Notes under the pieces: model-generated
What the model saw: the letters and a program-made list of their open reading frames with translations, nothing else
Databases searched by the model: none
Told to the model about the DNA's origin: nothing
Assembly (NCBI RefSeq): GCF_004010195.1
Contig: NC_057718.1
Coordinates: forward strand, 27,712,005 to 27,776,004
Reading direction: 5' to 3'
Origin: Chiloscyllium plagiosum
Taxonomy: Eukaryota
DNA: 64,000 nucleotides
Translations under genes and position numbers: made by a program
Shown here: one piece after another, positions 50,401 through 63,391 of the stretch
How the letters are laid out: the number at the start of each line of letters is the position of its first letter
Numbering within the stretch: position 1 is the stretch's first letter

Positions 50401-53400
50401 AATGTACAGGTGAGGATGGGCTATTTGCCAATACCAGGGAATGATGCCCTTTCTGAATAAATTTTTTTCTCTTTCAAAACTATGTATATTTTTTAAAAAT
50501 TGCATTCTTATATCAGCATATCATGGTTTTTTTCCACTTAAATTTGTAGTTTATTTGTAGTTTCATACTGACATGCTCCCAGGAAAGGAAATGAGGTCTT
50601 ATAAGGTAATTAAAATTTAAGACCAGTATAGGTACACTCTGTACCAAGGGAGAGAAAGGGTAGAGCATTTTCTTCATTTCTATGTTATGGAATGTTGCAT
50701 CATTAATCCAAACTGCTTTGGTAAGAGTCATTTCCTGTCAATAATCTGCTTGCCAGATTCTGAGTTGCTCAGCAGTGTTTCCATGTTTTTCAAAACAAAT
50801 CCAGTAAGTTATGCTGATAATAAGGTCATGCCTCGCGCAATGTTTAATTTAAGCAAATAACCAACTAACACTAGTTATTTGCAAACCAACACACCTTTGA
50901 ACAATAGCCAGGAGGGTTGCCAGTTTGACTTAGTTTCCTGAGTTAAGGTCTTTTTCTAACTCTAACTTGTACTTGAATGGAGAGAGAAGTTAGGTGGCAA
51001 GTTACCATAGACAGACTTTTATTTTCACATGAATTGCACTTCCTATGGTCTGCATGCTAGTACCATCTTCTAAAGTAAACAGTTCCTTGAATTTTTTTTT
51101 CTTGAATTATAAAGGGACATGGCAGCAATCTTCCTAAACTTAAAAAGAAATGCATCCTGTACACTGAAATGCAGTTGCACAACTCCCTAACCATTGTCGT
51201 TATCCTTGTCTCAACTGCAACAGCAATTGAATGTTAATGCCAATAGCCAATAAATAATCTATAAGTTGAGTTTGATGTGCAGAAACTTATCAAGTGAGAA
51301 TGTCCATATTAATTGGTAAATTCATGTTAGTATATTTTATGCTGGTTTGGTATAGAAAACAAACACTATTCCTGTTGGAACAATGTTACCTACCTAAAAC
51401 TTTAGACTTGGCAGATTGCCAAGCTTTGCGCCCAAATTTATTCCATTGATTAGTACAATGCTTTTTCAGCACACAAATGGCAAACTCACTATTGCTTGGC
51501 TGGATAGATGCCTTACCTGGTACACAATCATGTATACAAATAATTGCTACTGCACACTGAATAGTGGCCAAATGAATAAATTTTCTGAAGCAAAATTATC
51601 TGAACTAAATTCTTAACTGCTCTCTTGCATTTGTATTAATTGAATAAAAATAATAAATGTAAATAATGTTTTTAAAATATTTAAACCACCTCAATTTTTA
51701 AAATAGCTGATGCAGTGAATAAAATGGTGCTAGTTCAACAACAGCATTTCGGGTAATAGTTAGCTTTTTGTTACCAGTTAGTCAATTTGGAATCTCAAAC
51801 TAATTATTTATTAATTATAAAGATGTATTACTTTGTTATCTCATTAGAACATAGAATATTCTATTTGTTGCTGTTGAGGCAGTACAGCTACTGATTTCTT
51901 TCTCTGATTTGGCTTTTTAATATATGCTCACTGTCCACTACCTCACCCAGGCAGATAACCATGTATGAACAATAATAGATCATGGACTGAAACTGGAGCA
52001 ATCCTTCCTGGGTTGTAATATACTGTTGTACCGAGCAGTGATTTCACCAAATGAGCCAGCAAAGAAAGCCAAAAAAGGGAAGAGGAAACATGGTTTTGAC
52101 AATTTTCTTTTTCTCATCCCCTCCAAAGCCAATGACTAACGATTGTTTCTTTAGGTTAGAATTCCAAAACCTTGCTTAACAATTTTGATCCTCTCAGCAC
52201 CAGATCTGCACATTACAGTAGGCTAAGGCTCAAGGTGGTAATAGGAAGGTGAACCATAACTTTTTTTTAAACATAGAATACAGGCACTGATGCCGATTCC
52301 AGCTGAGATCAGTTAATTCACTACAACTTAATTATATGCTGTTTTCATGAACCACTGAGGCAGCAATAAAGTAATTTCTACTACCTTTACTTAGCAGGCA
52401 TTCCCTCGAGAGGAACTTATTTTACTTGCATCTAAATTTCAATATGTGTAATGCAGAATGCAATACTCTTGGCACTTAGAAAGCCAGTTGATCTACTTGA
52501 GGACAGAAGAAAATATTCAAATTTGATTTTTCTATACTGCAAATCCAAGTTTGTACATCTCTATCATTAGATCTATGGTGTGCAACCTATGCTGAAAATT
52601 CACACAGATAATGCTTGAGAGTAGTAGAACTGGTCAACTTCTTTCTAAACCAGTGTTGGAGATGGCCATACCCTCTACTGTTATTATAGCAAATGAATTG
52701 CATTGTTGAGATGTATGCAAATTAGCTACAATGTTAAAAATGGGATTGCTATTATATAACATGGAAAAGTATCAATATTTCTTGTCCCGACTTCAGAAGT
52801 CCAACATTCAATTGACCATGGATAGAGGAGTATGTATGTGAAATGTAGACCAATTTCCTTTTCTCAACTTAAATGGGCAGTTCATGCTATGGAAGCATCA
52901 GTCTTTATTTACAATGCAGAAAGTATGATTCTTCATGTATGAGCCCACACAACAAATGTTGTTGCTATCGAAAAGAGATGATATCACACTTAAGAGTTCA
53001 TGTGCCCCAAAACAGCTATATTTACTTAGTTACCTGGAAAGGAAACTGTCCTCTAGCTGCAGTCATACCTAGCAGAAAGGAAAACTTTTATGGGTTGTTG
53101 GAGGTTAGTAACTTCACCAAGAATTCTTCGGGACAATGCACAAAGCCCAACATCTTCAGCTAGGGTCAGAAGTGGAAATATCTGTGATGACTGAAGTGGT
53201 CAATTTCATTTGCAATTTGCCATAAGGGGAGATGGTAATATTTATGAACTAGTAATGCAGAACCCTTGGCTCAAGTTCTGAGGACATGGGTTTGAATCAT
53301 CCCTGGTAAATGGTGAAATCTGGACTCAATAAAAGCTAGTTTAACTGTAACCAATGTAACCATGTAACAAATGCCAATTGTTGTGAAGACCCACTAATGG

Positions 53401-55325
53401 TTACTAATGTTTTTTTAAGGAAGTGAGTTGATCATCTGTACCTGATCTGGCCTACATGTAAACTCGACTAATATTCCTTCTAAGCTGTGTGGTCATGCAG
53501 TTGCTGGGCGATTTCACACCCGCCGACACAATGGCTTCTGCTTTCTGAAGCCGTTGCCATGCTCAGCACTGAGGTCCATGCAGCAATTAACTACTAGTTG
53601 GAATATTGCTCTAAACCCACAGCTATGTGAAACAGTTCCATTGTCCTCCAGGCAAATCAATGTTGGCCTAGCGAATTACGGCTATATTTCACAAATAAAT
53701 AAAAATAATGAAGCTGCCTGTGTCTGCATGGAACAAATTCTAGACAACATGCAGGCCTCGGCTAAGTGCCAAATAACATTTGTGCCACGTAAGTGCCAGG
53801 CAATGACTATCTCCAAGTTTTTAACTACCTCCTGACATTGTGAAAGCTCCTATCATCAATATCAGAGAGTTGTCATCATTGACCAGAATGAGAGGAGGCA
53901 CGTAACTGCTGTTGATACAAAAGCAAGTCAGAAACTAGATATTCTACAGCAAGTCTGTCACCTCCCAAAGACACCTACAAGGCATAAGTCAGGAATGTAA
54001 AGAAATACTCGACACTTATATGGATGAGTTAAATTCCAACAACATTCCAGCAAGTTGATATCATCCACGACCAGGTTGCCCAATAACACCCATCCAGTAT
54101 CTTAAACACTCGCTTGCTGGCCAATACCCTGGAACTCCCTACGTAACAGCAGAAGGGACATTTTCACTATAAGAGGACTGCAGCAATTCAAAACATAAGT
54201 TTACTACCACTTCCTTGAGGGCATTTAGGAATAGACAATAAATGTTAGCCTTGAAAACAATATCCATTGGCAATGGATAAATGCTTTTCTAAAATCAGCT
54301 ATTGTGACCATGACTCTCTTCACTCCTCCTCCTATTATCATGCTTCCAGCGCTCCAGCCAAGTACTGTGGACAGGTCTAAGGCTTTCGTTCTTGCCTTTC
54401 AAGTAATTCACAGGATTGTACATTAGTTTACCCAAGAGAATGCCTAAATTATGAACCGCCTCCTTTAAAAATAAAAGTACGTCTGGGGGTGTAAATCCAC
54501 AGATTTACATAGATTGTGAATTTTGGTACACAGTTTCTAATTGTGTGGTTAACACCTCTTTCAATCATTGTATATTTTAGAGTGGATTAAGAGCCATGAA
54601 ACCTCTTCTAACAATACTAGCAATTAAGAAGTAATATTAGACAAAGTTAATGCATTTTATGTTGGTGATTTCACTGAGCAAAGGTCTGAGGAGTAGAAGT
54701 TTTATTGTTTATCTCAAGGTGGTTCATAATGTTATACATGTTTTTACTACTTAAACTGGTAGTGGCATTCTGCCTGAGCTTACATTATGTAATTTCCATT
54801 TTGTTCCACTGCTGTACTGCATGTATGCCTGAATGGTGCTCGGGTAGTTGTAGATTAATGAAACACTTTAAAATAAACTGATGGTGAAACAAACTGATAC
54901 TGAAGATGAAAACAAAATTGTACAGATGCAAAATGCAATGATTCCTAGGTTACTTCACATAATTTCTAACCAAAAAAGTGACACGCTAAGTAGTTCAAAT
55001 GCCAATAGAACTAGTGATTTTTTTTTTAAAAAGTCATTAAATTACTGGATGTATGATTAAGGGGAAACGGAAACAAATTGGAGATGCTTAGTGATTGGTG
55101 TTACAAAATATGACCTGCAAGCAGGTGTTCAGTATATACCAAAACCTGCTTCCAATTTGATCCTTTAAGACTGAAAACTGGTTGTAAAACTATTTAATTA
55201 TACCATCAAAATCATGTATGTTACCCTGTGTTCATAAAAATGTTTTTATAAATGTTTATTTTTGCCAAAGATATGCAAATTGCATACAAATGGTATTGTT
55301 AAATAAACTTTTTATTTGTAAGTTG
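47484..55325 (+). other. FOXN2: Probable FOXN2 3' UTR (end uncertain; several candidate poly(A) signals)
   Basis: AT-rich and free of recognisable repeats to ~53200. AATAAA at 48204, 51249, 51575, 51643, 51652, 51718, 54872 and 55302, the last in a U-rich context. Confidence 0.5.
53710..54275 (+). mobile_element. Old L2/CR1-group LINE 3' remnant
   Basis: CMEQILDNMQA..QITFVPRKCQAMTIS, with a tail like 37820-37890. Confidence 0.65.
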
Positions 55326-55624
55326 CTGACTATAATCATTGGGTGTTCCTAAAACTGCATATATCCTCAAATCACTGGTCAGCATGAGCTATTTTAAACA
55401 GATTTGTTCCTAGATTTGTATTCACATTATAAGTCCACTGCTAGGAATCCTGTGACATTAGCTTCTTGAATATAAGTTCCAACTTTAAGTATTGTGTAAA
55501 CACTTTGTTGAAGGAAAAGCTTTCAATGCTGTCTTTTTGCAGACTGCACATCATGTGGAGAGAGATCGTTTCCAGATCCTAAAATTCTTTTGGGTCACCC
55601 ATGTACCTTTCATGATCAAGATGA

Positions 55625-56168
55625 TAGGCTGAGGGAAAAGTTTTTCACACAAAGCGTGTATTTATGAGCTGCCAGAGGAAGTGGTGGAGACTGGTACAAT
55701 GACAACATTTAAAGGCTTTGGATGGGTACACTAAGAAGAATTTAGACGGATGTGGGCCAAATGCAGCAAATGTGACTAGATTAATTTAGGATACCTGGTC
55801 TGCGTGGACATGTTGGACAGAAGGGTCCGTTTCCATGCTGTGCCTCTCAGTGGTTAGCACTGCTGCCTCACAGCGCTAGAGACCTGGGTTCAGTTCCCGC
55901 CTCAGGCAACTCTGTGTGGAGTTTGCACATTCTCCCCGTGTCTGCGTGGGTTTCCTCCGGGTGCTCCGGTTTTCTCCCACAATCCAAAAATGTGCAGGTT
56001 AGGTGAATTGGCCATGCTAAATTGCCCGTAGTGTTAGGTGAAGGGGTAAATGTAGGGGAATGGGTCTGGGTGGGTTACGCTTCGGTGGGTCCGTGTGGAC
56101 TTGTTGGGCCGAAGGGCCTGTTTCCACACTGTAAGTTATCTAATCTAAAATAATCTATGACTCCATGA
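55625..56168 (+). mobile_element. HER1-like 3' tail with a 5'-truncated HE1-like SINE (55848-56155) nested at its end
   Basis: The LINE tail breaks at tgcctct|cagtggttagcac and resumes at ctatgactccatga. Confidence 0.85.
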
Positions 56169-56399
56169 AGAGGTATTCCTGCAACTAACACCAATATCAC
56201 TAAACCTGAAGGCTAATCCTGTGATATTTAACCTTTGCGTGGAAATATCTGACCTTCAAACAATCCTGTTGAAATCAAGAGCTCATTATTGTCAAAAATA
56301 ATTCATTCAATCATAGAGAGTCAGGGTCGCTGGCAAATCCAGCATTTCATGCCCATCCCTAAAGTAGGAAAATAGAGGCATATAGCTGTATTATTGTTC

Positions 56400-56765
56400 C
56401 ATTGCTGGGGCTGTTTTCTCTGGAGCGTCAGAGGCTGAGAGGTAACCTTTAAAGAGGTTTATAATATAGGGGTATGGATAGGGAAAATAGACAAGTTTTT
56501 TCTCTAGGGTGGGGGAGGGGTAAGATTTAAATGGGACGTAAGGGGCAACGTTTTCATGCAGAGGGTGGTGCGTGTATAGAATGAGCTGCCGGAGGCTGGA
56601 AGAATTACAACGTTTAAAAGGCATCTGGATGGGTATATGAATAGAAAGAGTTTAGAGGGATATGGGCCAAGTGCTGGCAAATGGGACTAGATTAATTTAG
56701 GATATCTAGTCAGCATGGACGAGTTGGACGGAAGGTCTGTTTACATGCTATACATCTCTATGATT
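56400..56765 (+). mobile_element. HER1-like CR1 3' end with internal deletions
   Basis: Similar to 44260-44670. Confidence 0.85.
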
Positions 56766-58836
56766 CAAAATAGGTATCAGGAAGAATGAACTTTATGAAA
56801 GCTCACTAGTTTCTAGTTTTGAAAAATATGTTGCTGCTGGAATTGAAGATGGCTAGCAGCTCCTGGAAGTGAAACCTCTGCCCTTAAAGAAAGGAACCCT
56901 GATGGTTGCCATTTATTGCTTTATTGCCACAGAATTGTACTGACACTTCAAATGTTGGGCCTGGCTTTTTATCCCACTAACAGGATCACCACTGCCCTAA
57001 TAAAATTCAGTTCCTGATGACACCCAGCGATGATGCACTGCCAATTAGCATTTAATGATCACATGTTGAATTGATTTCATCAAACACTGAACTGTCATAG
57101 TCTTACTACATTATGTTTGCTCTCAATTTCACCTGATTTGAAGTTCTTCCTTTGGAACAAGTCCTTAGCAGGATCAGATAGAAAAGATGAGGTAGCAGCT
57201 TGAGGATAATGAACACTTTTGAGCATATATCGTCTCATGACACCTGTGCACTTTCCAGAGTCTTGTGTTACAAATAGAAGTGTACAGGGTGAGGAATACA
57301 TCATTCTAGCAAGGCTAGGTACTCGAAATGAGGTAGAATTTTCATTTCTGATAGCAAGTGGGAGGCAGGTTGAAAAGCAGGAGGTTCTTCGGGTGATCAG
57401 GCAGGTTTTGTCACTTGATTATGTTGTTTTACATTAATTACATATCAATGCTTGGGTAAAAGGTGAAGTTTTAGGGGTGGGCAGCCAGAAAGTTCTGGCC
57501 TATGCTGGCACCTCCAAGGCTCCAGCATCCAGAAACCATATTTAAAAAGCATCCATTAGACAGCACTTTCTGCAACCTAGGAGCATCGCTCAATCTTTGC
57601 TTAACACATCCCACTCCGTGCAAGCTGGCCTGCACCCTCTGGTTCTAAGTTTACTGATGAGGAAGCAAAGCATCACCTTGGTAGCTTAATGTGACAATGG
57701 CACAGAGCTAACTACTCACAGCCAGCGGAGAGTTACAGGTGAGTCTGAAGGGGAAATTGGAGAAGTTAGAAGTTCGGATTCGTTTCAAAGTACCCCTGTC
57801 AGACCATTCCCTTCCACTCAGTCACAGCAGCATATAGTTGCCTTTGCCTCAATGAATGAGTCTACCCCTGGAAAGATGCAGATGAAGCAACCTTTGACAG
57901 AAGCCTCACAAACTCTAAAATCTACCGGATGCCATCATGGGCACCTGTGTATCAAAGCAAGGGAACAGCAAGCATGTTTGATAATACTATGCAGGAGTAA
58001 TCCTGTTAATTGCATAAAGGAATTCAGTTAGATGCCTAGAACATATCAATGGGTGAAACTCTATAGGGGTCTGAACAACGTGTTATTGCTGGACAGTGGC
58101 AAATTACCAAAGGAAATTATAGCTTGTTAAACACCACAACCCAACTCATTAATTTTAGCTTCCCACTTTAATAAATGCTCTGAACAAACTAGACATTGAG
58201 ATTCTCAACATGGAGGTCAGAGCAGGTGCCTGGTGACACAAGTCTACCACTACAGCTAAAGGAACGCAATACTGGACATTGTCTCTACTATTTGGGCACT
58301 GGGCACATATAACCCTGTACATGAACATTGGCATCCAACATGTGCCAGCTTAAGAACCCTAAAGGCAAGGTTTTGATCCACTTTGGTACACTTCCATGCT
58401 TCACCGCTGCGCCTTGATTTGCACCAGTCACTTTCATTGTAATACTGCTGAAAGGACACTGTGCACTGAGGGAACACACACCTAGCTCATGTACTTGACC
58501 AGGCTGTACATCTGCAGGTGCAAAGGAGGCTATTCTTTCGGTGGATATTCAGTATGTGGCGGGTTATTCTGGAAACAGTAAGGTGGGGATAGAATTGGAT
58601 GAGAGGGATTGCGTAGGGGTGGAGGATGTAGATATTAAGGCTCATGTAGTAAGATACAGTGAGAAATTTTACTGTGTCTCAAGGCGAAACTCCCTCCAAA
58701 AATCTTCCTCAAAACAATGTGAGATTCAGTCCAAAGTTTCAAATAATGTTTTTTTTTTAAAATTAAAGAATGTGTGATGCTTAGTCCTCATTCTTGAGGT
58801 CTTTACTTTGTTCCATTCCCCATTCACCCTGGTTAC

Positions 58837-59336
58837 NNNNNNNNNNNNNNNNNNNNNNNNNNNNNNNNNNNNNNNNNNNNNNNNNNNNNNNNNNNNNNNN
58901 NNNNNNNNNNNNNNNNNNNNNNNNNNNNNNNNNNNNNNNNNNNNNNNNNNNNNNNNNNNNNNNNNNNNNNNNNNNNNNNNNNNNNNNNNNNNNNNNNNNN
59001 NNNNNNNNNNNNNNNNNNNNNNNNNNNNNNNNNNNNNNNNNNNNNNNNNNNNNNNNNNNNNNNNNNNNNNNNNNNNNNNNNNNNNNNNNNNNNNNNNNNN
59101 NNNNNNNNNNNNNNNNNNNNNNNNNNNNNNNNNNNNNNNNNNNNNNNNNNNNNNNNNNNNNNNNNNNNNNNNNNNNNNNNNNNNNNNNNNNNNNNNNNNN
59201 NNNNNNNNNNNNNNNNNNNNNNNNNNNNNNNNNNNNNNNNNNNNNNNNNNNNNNNNNNNNNNNNNNNNNNNNNNNNNNNNNNNNNNNNNNNNNNNNNNNN
59301 NNNNNNNNNNNNNNNNNNNNNNNNNNNNNNNNNNNN
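58837..59336. other. Assembly gap (500 N)
   Basis: Run of N. Confidence 1.
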
Positions 59337-59414
59337 TGATTTTTTTTAAATTTAGTTTGTGTCCCTACTGCAATGTTGAACAGATCTTATCAAGATTAGG
59401 AAGTGCCAGTGTTT

Positions 59415-59583
59415 GACTGGGGTGTACAAAGTTAGAAATCACACAACACCAGGTTATAGTCCAACAGGTTTATTTGGACGCCCTAGCTTTCGGACAACCA
59501 CCTGATGAAGGAGCAGCGCTCTGAAAGCTAGTGCTTCAAATAAACCTCTTGGACTATAACCTGGTATTATGTGATTTTTAACT
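59415..59583. mobile_element. Fold-back PLE family C piece with hammerhead motif at 59499-59533 (+)
   Basis: Inverted arms at 59430-59494 and 59520-59583. Motif cac CTGATGA a GGAGC agc GCTCT GAAA GCTA gtg. Confidence 0.7.
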
Positions 59584-60219
59584 AAGATTTTATCAAAGTT
59601 GTAAAGAGAGTGGCCAACCATGAAACCACTAAACCTGGGCAACTTTGTGATGCACATCAAGTGACCTAAGCACAGGTGAAATGATCGCCACCACATATTG
59701 GGGGCGGGGGGGCGGGGAGAGTGGAAGAGGGATCAAACACATTATGACACCTGCACGTACACAGTGGTCTCCAATGCCACAGAATCTCCAACAAGGAGGC
59801 AGGGAGTAAACAAACCTGACTTTTGTGTCTCTGTTGTGTGGAAGTTACTCAGGCAGGGAAAGGAACAAACACAGTCCCCTCGTGCTCTCTTCTCCAGGTA
59901 AGTGGACTATTAGACTAAAGTACACACAGAATCTTACCAGAAATCTGCAAAGTGTCTGTTTTATTGAGTTTCTTGGAGGGTTTTCTCTCTTTGGGGCCTT
60001 ATGAGCTTTTTACTCCATTAGCTCAAACCTGTCTCATTACATGCCTCATGCACCTACTGTCCCTTCCCCCCCACTCATATGATTCACTCACTCTCTGTAA
60101 GCAGAAGTAACACCACTCCTGGGAATACCCAGGATTCCTGGCACTAATGCCATTTTTAAAAGGCCATTGTGCATCGGTCAAAGGCTGGCAGTCCAGAACT
60201 GTCCTATGCAGTTCATGTT

Positions 60220-61140
60220 ATAGAGTCGGAGAGTCATGGAGTTGTACAGCATGGAAACAGACCTTTCGGTCCAATTCGTCCATGCAGACCATATATCCTC
60301 ACCTAATATAGTCTCAATTGCCAGCATATCCCTCTGAACCCTTCCTATTCTTATACCCATCTAGATGCCTTTTAAATGCTGTAATTGTACGTGCCTCCAC
60401 CACTTCCTGTGGCAGCTCAATCCATACATGCACCATCCTTTGCATGAGAAAGCTGCCCCTCAGGTCCCTTTTAAATCTTTCCCCACTCACCCTAAACCTA
60501 ATGCCCTCTGGTTTTGGACTCTCCCACCCTAGGGAAAATACCTTGTCTATTTATACTACCCATGCCCCTCATGATTTTATAAACCTCTATAAAATCACCC
60601 CTCCACCTCCAACGCTCCAGGGAAAACAGCCCCAGCCTGTTCAGCCTCTCCCTGTAGCTCAAATCCTCCAACCCTGGCAACATCCTTGCAAATCTTCTCT
60701 GAAACCTTTCAAGTTTCACAACATTAAAAATCACACAACACCAGGTTATAGCCCAACAGGTTTAATTGGAAGCACTAGCTGTCGGAGTGCTGCTCCTTCA
60801 TCAGGTGGTTGTGGAGTACACAATTGTAAGACACAGAATTTATAGCAAAAGTTTACAGTGTTATGTAACTGAAATTATACATTGAAAAATACCTTGATTG
60901 TGTGTTAAGTCTCTCATCTGTGAGAGTGACCATGTTAGTTTCATTTCATATGTAAATCATAAAACATTTTTAAAAAGTTACATTCTCGGATTAACTTTAA
61001 CAACACCCTTCCGATATGACGGAGACCAGAATTGCATGCAATATTCCAAAGTGGCCTAATCCCTGTCCTGCACAGCCGCAACATGACCTCCCAACTTCTG
61101 TACTCAATGCTTTCACCAATAAAGAAAAGCATACCAAACC
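60220..61140 (-). mobile_element. HER1-like CR1 3' end interrupted by a PLE family C piece (~60724-61000)
   Basis: ORFs 60498 and 60941 carry CR1 motifs. The insert is flanked by ttt(c/a)acaaca. Its hammerhead core is mutated (GAAA>GACA). Confidence 0.85.
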
Positions 61141-62497
61141 CAGATATGGCATATAAGGAGAAATTGGTGCCCATCACTTTGCAAACAGTCACCAGAAGAT
61201 TCTGGTAGCTGGGATGGTGCAGAGGAAGGCTGACCTCTTCTTCCAGGGTCTGTCTGCCTGGACTTCCAAAAGAGAATTGTATAAACAAAGAGTTGGAGGA
61301 CTGAAGGGAAAACAAAGGAAGTGTGACTAAATGAGTTGTTTTCTCAGAGAACTGTCATGGACATGATGGGTTAAATGGCCTCATGTGTAAGAAAGAAGTT
61401 ATGCTTCTAATTGTTCCTAGTCATTATGAGAATTATTTTAACTTAATTTCATTTTTCACTTGACAAAATCGTAAGATAGGTTCAGATACGCAGGTCCTAC
61501 ATCTGAGTTGGAAACAAATAAAATGTCTGCAAGGCATCTGATCAGTCCTAACAGTCAATATCTCAATCCCTGATTCCTTCAAATATGGAACCAATTTTCC
61601 TGTGAAAGCATTTACATTATTTTCCTTTAATGTCTCTAATCGACGTACTCACTGTACAAAAAAACAGATAAATCTCAACTCATTTCTCAGCTGTAAACCT
61701 TCAGTGCTTTCTCTAGGTTCGGGGGTTTATAGCAATCTCAATCATGTTATCAGGCTTTGCTTTATTCTATCCAGTGGCTTAGGAAACCTAAATACTTGAA
61801 CATTATCTTCACTGAGTGTTGTCTTCTCTTAGATTTTTCAGCTTCCCCCTCATGTCTCAGATGCCTTAACCGGATTACTGTTTGCCGATCCTCTCTTCCA
61901 CACCACCTTCTTGCATGGAATGGTGCACAGACATCAAATATGACTGTACCAATGTCATATACATTCATGTAGGGCTGGATTTGATGCAACCCATCAAAGT
62001 GGGAACCTTAGCAGCTAGGTCCACCTAATAGCAGCAGAAGTCCAATATCAAATCCTCAGCTGATTAAGTCAAAGAGAGGAAAGGACTGATACAGAATTCC
62101 TAGCCACTGGTAGTGGGATGTTAGTAAGGCGAATATATGGGCCAACTAACACCCATTGCCCCAAACCCACCATAATTCAATGATAATTAATGGATTAAAA
62201 AAGAGCCACACACTTCCCCATGCCACCTGAAGACTACCCAGCAAACTCTGTCCATCTCCTGGAGAAGGGGAGTGGGAGTTCCTGCCTTACCTGATTAAGG
62301 GATCCAGAAAGGGGAAAGTTCAGGGTAGGGGCTGCATTAAATCACCCCTTTGTTCTTTCCTTCAATCCACATTCCCCATTGCAATTTCCATGATGCCTTT
62401 GATTACTTTTGGCCTTGGGACCCTTACCAATCCTGAGCCTCTACTGGATGCATTCTTCAAAGCTCCCCTTTCAATAGAGAGTTGATGGCCACTGAGT

Positions 62498-63025
62498 TAC
62501 ATAGAACATAGAACAATACAGCACAGAACAGGCCCTTCGGCCCACGATGTTGTGCCGAACATTTGTCCTAGCTTAAGCACCCATCCATGTACCTATCCAA
62601 TTGCCGCTTAAAGGTCACCAAAGATTCTGACTCTANNNNNNNNNNNNNNNNNNNNNNNNNNNNNNNNNNNNNNNNNNNNNNNNNNNNNNNNNNNNNNNNN
62701 NNNNNNNNNNNNNNNNNNNNNNNNNNNNNNNNNNNNNNNNNNNNNNACCAAGGTCCTGTACAGTTGCAACATCACTTCACGACTCTTGAATTCAGTCCCT
62801 CTGCTAATGAACGCTAATACACCATAGACCTTCTTACAAGCTCTATCCACCTGAGTGGCAACTTTCAAAGACCTATGAACATAGACCCCAAGATCCCTCT
62901 GTTCCTCCACCTCACTAAGAACCCTACCGTTAACCCTGTATTCCGCATTCTTATTTGTCTTTCCAAAATGGACAACCTCACACTTGGCAGGGTTGAACTC
63001 CATCTGCCACTCCTCAGCCCAGTTG
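62498..63025 (-). mobile_element. Young CR1 3' end spanning the gap at 62636-62746
   Basis: ORF 62608 has WAEEWQMEFNPAKCEVVHFG. Tail (catagaa)n. Confidence 0.9.
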
Positions 63026-63174
63026 CTAGGATAGCTCAACCATGGCTCCTCAGGTACCTAATGAATAGTTAGAACTGACAGGATTTCCCTGCTGCTTCCC
63101 TAACCAGTGGGTAAAATCTTCGTTGGATGGATGAGATCTTAACTTATCAACTCCCTGGGTTGTTAGCGAGGTCT

Positions 63175-63391
63175 AAGCTGAAACTTTATTGCTGGAACAG
63201 CACAGCAGGTCAGGCAGCATCTAGGGAACAGAAGATTCGACGTTTCGGGCACATGCCCTTCTTCAGGAAGTTTCGGGCATGTGCCCGAAACGTCGAATCT
63301 TCTGTTCCCTAGATGCTGCCTGACCTGCTGTGCTGTTCCAGCAATAAAGTTTCAGCTTTGATCTCCAGCGTCTGCAGACCTCACTTTCTCC
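63175..63391. mobile_element. Fold-back PLE family A insertion with 14-bp TSD; hammerhead motif on the - strand at ~63236-63269
   Basis: Perfect 84-bp inverted arms at 63175-63258 and 63275-63358. TSD tgttagcgaggtct at 63161-63174 and 63392-63405. Confidence 0.85.

Noticed and set aside
56800..58800. Exons of a neighbouring gene in unique sequence
   Set aside because: Short ORFs without recognisable motifs or convincing paired splice sites.
58794..59416. ORFs of 181 and 202 aa
   Set aside because: Almost entirely N.
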